DNA of 63,890 nt, counting the filler, from Octopus bimaculoides (Eukaryota): NCBI RefSeq assembly GCF_001194135.2. It is 5 parts of 5 records of this genome, joined end to end, with 100 filler letters (N's around TTAATTAATTAA, not from the genome) between each part and the next. Parts side by side here need not be neighbours in the genome. Positions count along the whole stretch, not along the records: positions 61,515 to 63,890 come from NC_069005.1; 4 more parts are not named here. One strand, given 5' to 3'. Positions 62,182 through 63,890 of this stretch are shown here, piece by piece (positions within the stretch are counted from its first letter, which is position 1; each line of letters starts with the position of its first letter). The notes beneath the pieces were generated by a model. It was not told the DNA's origin and made no database searches. It saw only the letters and a program-made list of their open reading frames with translations. The translations under genes were made by a program, and so were the position numbers.

Positions 62182-63584
62182 GAGCGTACAGATGCTAACT
62201 AAAAAACCGCCAAACAAATTTCTACTGTATGCGCTCCACCGAGCGTGCTGATCGACAATGGCTACGAAGGCTATCGGTCCCTATGTAACTAAACAATCAG
62301 AAAAAAAAAGAAAGCAGAGAACAATCAAGAAACTGGAGGAAGCAAAAGTGAAGAATACATGTTGATAAGGAGGAAAGAAAAATAACAGAAATATTTGATT
62401 AAAGAACGAAAAGATAGAATCAAAGCTAAGCTAAAGAATATAAACGAACGACACGAAAGTTGTGTGCATGTACGTATGTATATATGCATGGACGTGTATA
62501 CATGTATGTATGTGTATGTAAGTATGTATATATATANNNNNNNNNNNNNNNNNNNNNNNNNNNNNNNNNNNNNNNNNNNNNNNNNNNNNNNNNNNNNNNN
62601 NNNNNNNNNNNNNNNNNNNNNNNNNNNNNNNNNNNNNNNNNNNNNNNNNNNNNNNNNNNNNNNNNNNNNNNNNNNNNNNNNNNNNNNNNNNNNNNNNNNN
62701 NNNNNNNNNNNNNNNNNNNNNNNNNNNNNNNNNNNNNNNNNNNNNNNNNNNNNNNNNNNNNNNNNNNNNNNNNNNNNNNNNNNNNNNNNNNNNNNNNNNN
62801 NNNNNNNNNNNNNNNNNNNNNNNNNNNNNNNNNNNNNNNNNNNNNNNNNNNNNNNNNNNNNNNNNNNNNNNNNNNNNNNNNNNNNNNNNNNNNNNNNNNN
62901 NNNNNNNNNNNNNNNNNNNNNNNNNNNNNNNNNNNNNNNNNNNNNNNNNNNNNNNNNNNNNNNNNNNNNNNNNNNNNNNNNNNNNNNNNNNNNNNNNNNN
63001 NNNNNNNNNNNNNNNNNNNNNNNNNNNNNNNNNNNNNNNNNNNNNNNNNNNNNNNNNNNNNNNNNNNNNNNNNNNNNNNNNNNNNNNNNNNNNNNNNNNN
63101 NNNNNNATATATATGTACATTCATGTAAATATATATAAATATGTGTGTGTAGAAAGAGAGAGTGCGAGAGGGAATCTTCTCTATGGTCCGTATTCTGCAA
63201 GAATGGTCAGACAGAGGAAATGAGTCGATGTGAAAGTTGACAACAGCTCAAAAGCTCCAGACTAAAAGCAGAAGCGGAAGGTGTTGGCACGATGAGGCCA
63301 CAGAAGATCAATGCCTAAACACAAAAGAACAACGAAGATAAAATAGTCAAATGAGATGATATGGTCAAGTATTAGAATGTGGAACCAGCATTTCTAAAGG
63401 AACAACGGTCTATAGGATTTTCAGCTGTCCAGTTCTCAGAAAGATAGAAATACGTCTACAGATACGATTGGAGGAGGTGGCTATAGTCATTTGAGCAACA
63501 GACAAATATTTCTTCAACGAACTGAAAATAAACCGTATGAACAAAGTCAGTAAGTTCATTATGGATGTCTTGAAATAACATGGT

Positions 63585-63890
63585 GGAAGTGTAATGGCAC
63601 AGTGGTTAGGGCAGCGGACTCGCGGTCATAGGATCGCGGTTTCGATTCCCAGACCGGACGTTGTGTGTTTATTGAGCGAAAACACCTAAAAGCTCCACGA
63701 GGCTCCGGCAGGGGATGGTGGCGAACCCTTCTGTACTCTTTCACCACACCTTTCTCTCACTCTTACTTTCTGTTTCTGTTGTACCTGTATTTCAAAGGGT
63801 CAGCCTTGTCACACTGTGTCACGCTGAATATCCCCCGAGAACTACGTTAAGGGTACACGTGTCTGTGGAGTGCTCAGCCACTTGCACGTT
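63585..63890 (+). mobile_element. tRNA-derived SINE, cut by window end
   Basis: tggcacagtggttagggcagcggactcgcgg..ggtttcgattcccagacc; near-identical to 34236-34617. Confidence 0.9.

Noticed and set aside
62230-62260. GC hairpin gcgctc-cacc-gagcgt as a possible Helitron 3' end
   Set aside because: Not followed by CTRR and no 5' TC partner identified.

Overview
AT-rich, microsatellite-dense animal genomic DNA with many scaffold gaps. The repeat families look like those I recognise from Octopus assemblies (inference, not verified). I found no confidently identifiable host protein-coding gene; the window looks intergenic or deep-intronic, and the long ORFs in the track are artefacts of N gaps or simple repeats. 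The content is a layered record of mobile elements: about 20 tRNA-derived or RTE-tailed SINE copies and fragments; a Tc1-type transposon with DD36E spacing; an internally deleted DD37D (maT) element; a piggyBac transposase fragment and TTAA-type MITEs; three tandem hAT-like right ends; a pogo-like MITE; RTE and R4/Dong-like LINE remnants; an apparently ORF1-only (zinc-knuckle) L1/Tx1-like element; and four Penelope-like (GIY-YIG or RT) remnants. The best leads are hammerhead-ribozyme motifs. One has an intact core and lies in a Penelope 3' region (36716-36786). Two variant-core motifs lie in a short non-coding repeat family (40851-40896; 38831-38870), and the second of these sits at the centre of an ~80-bp-arm palindrome.
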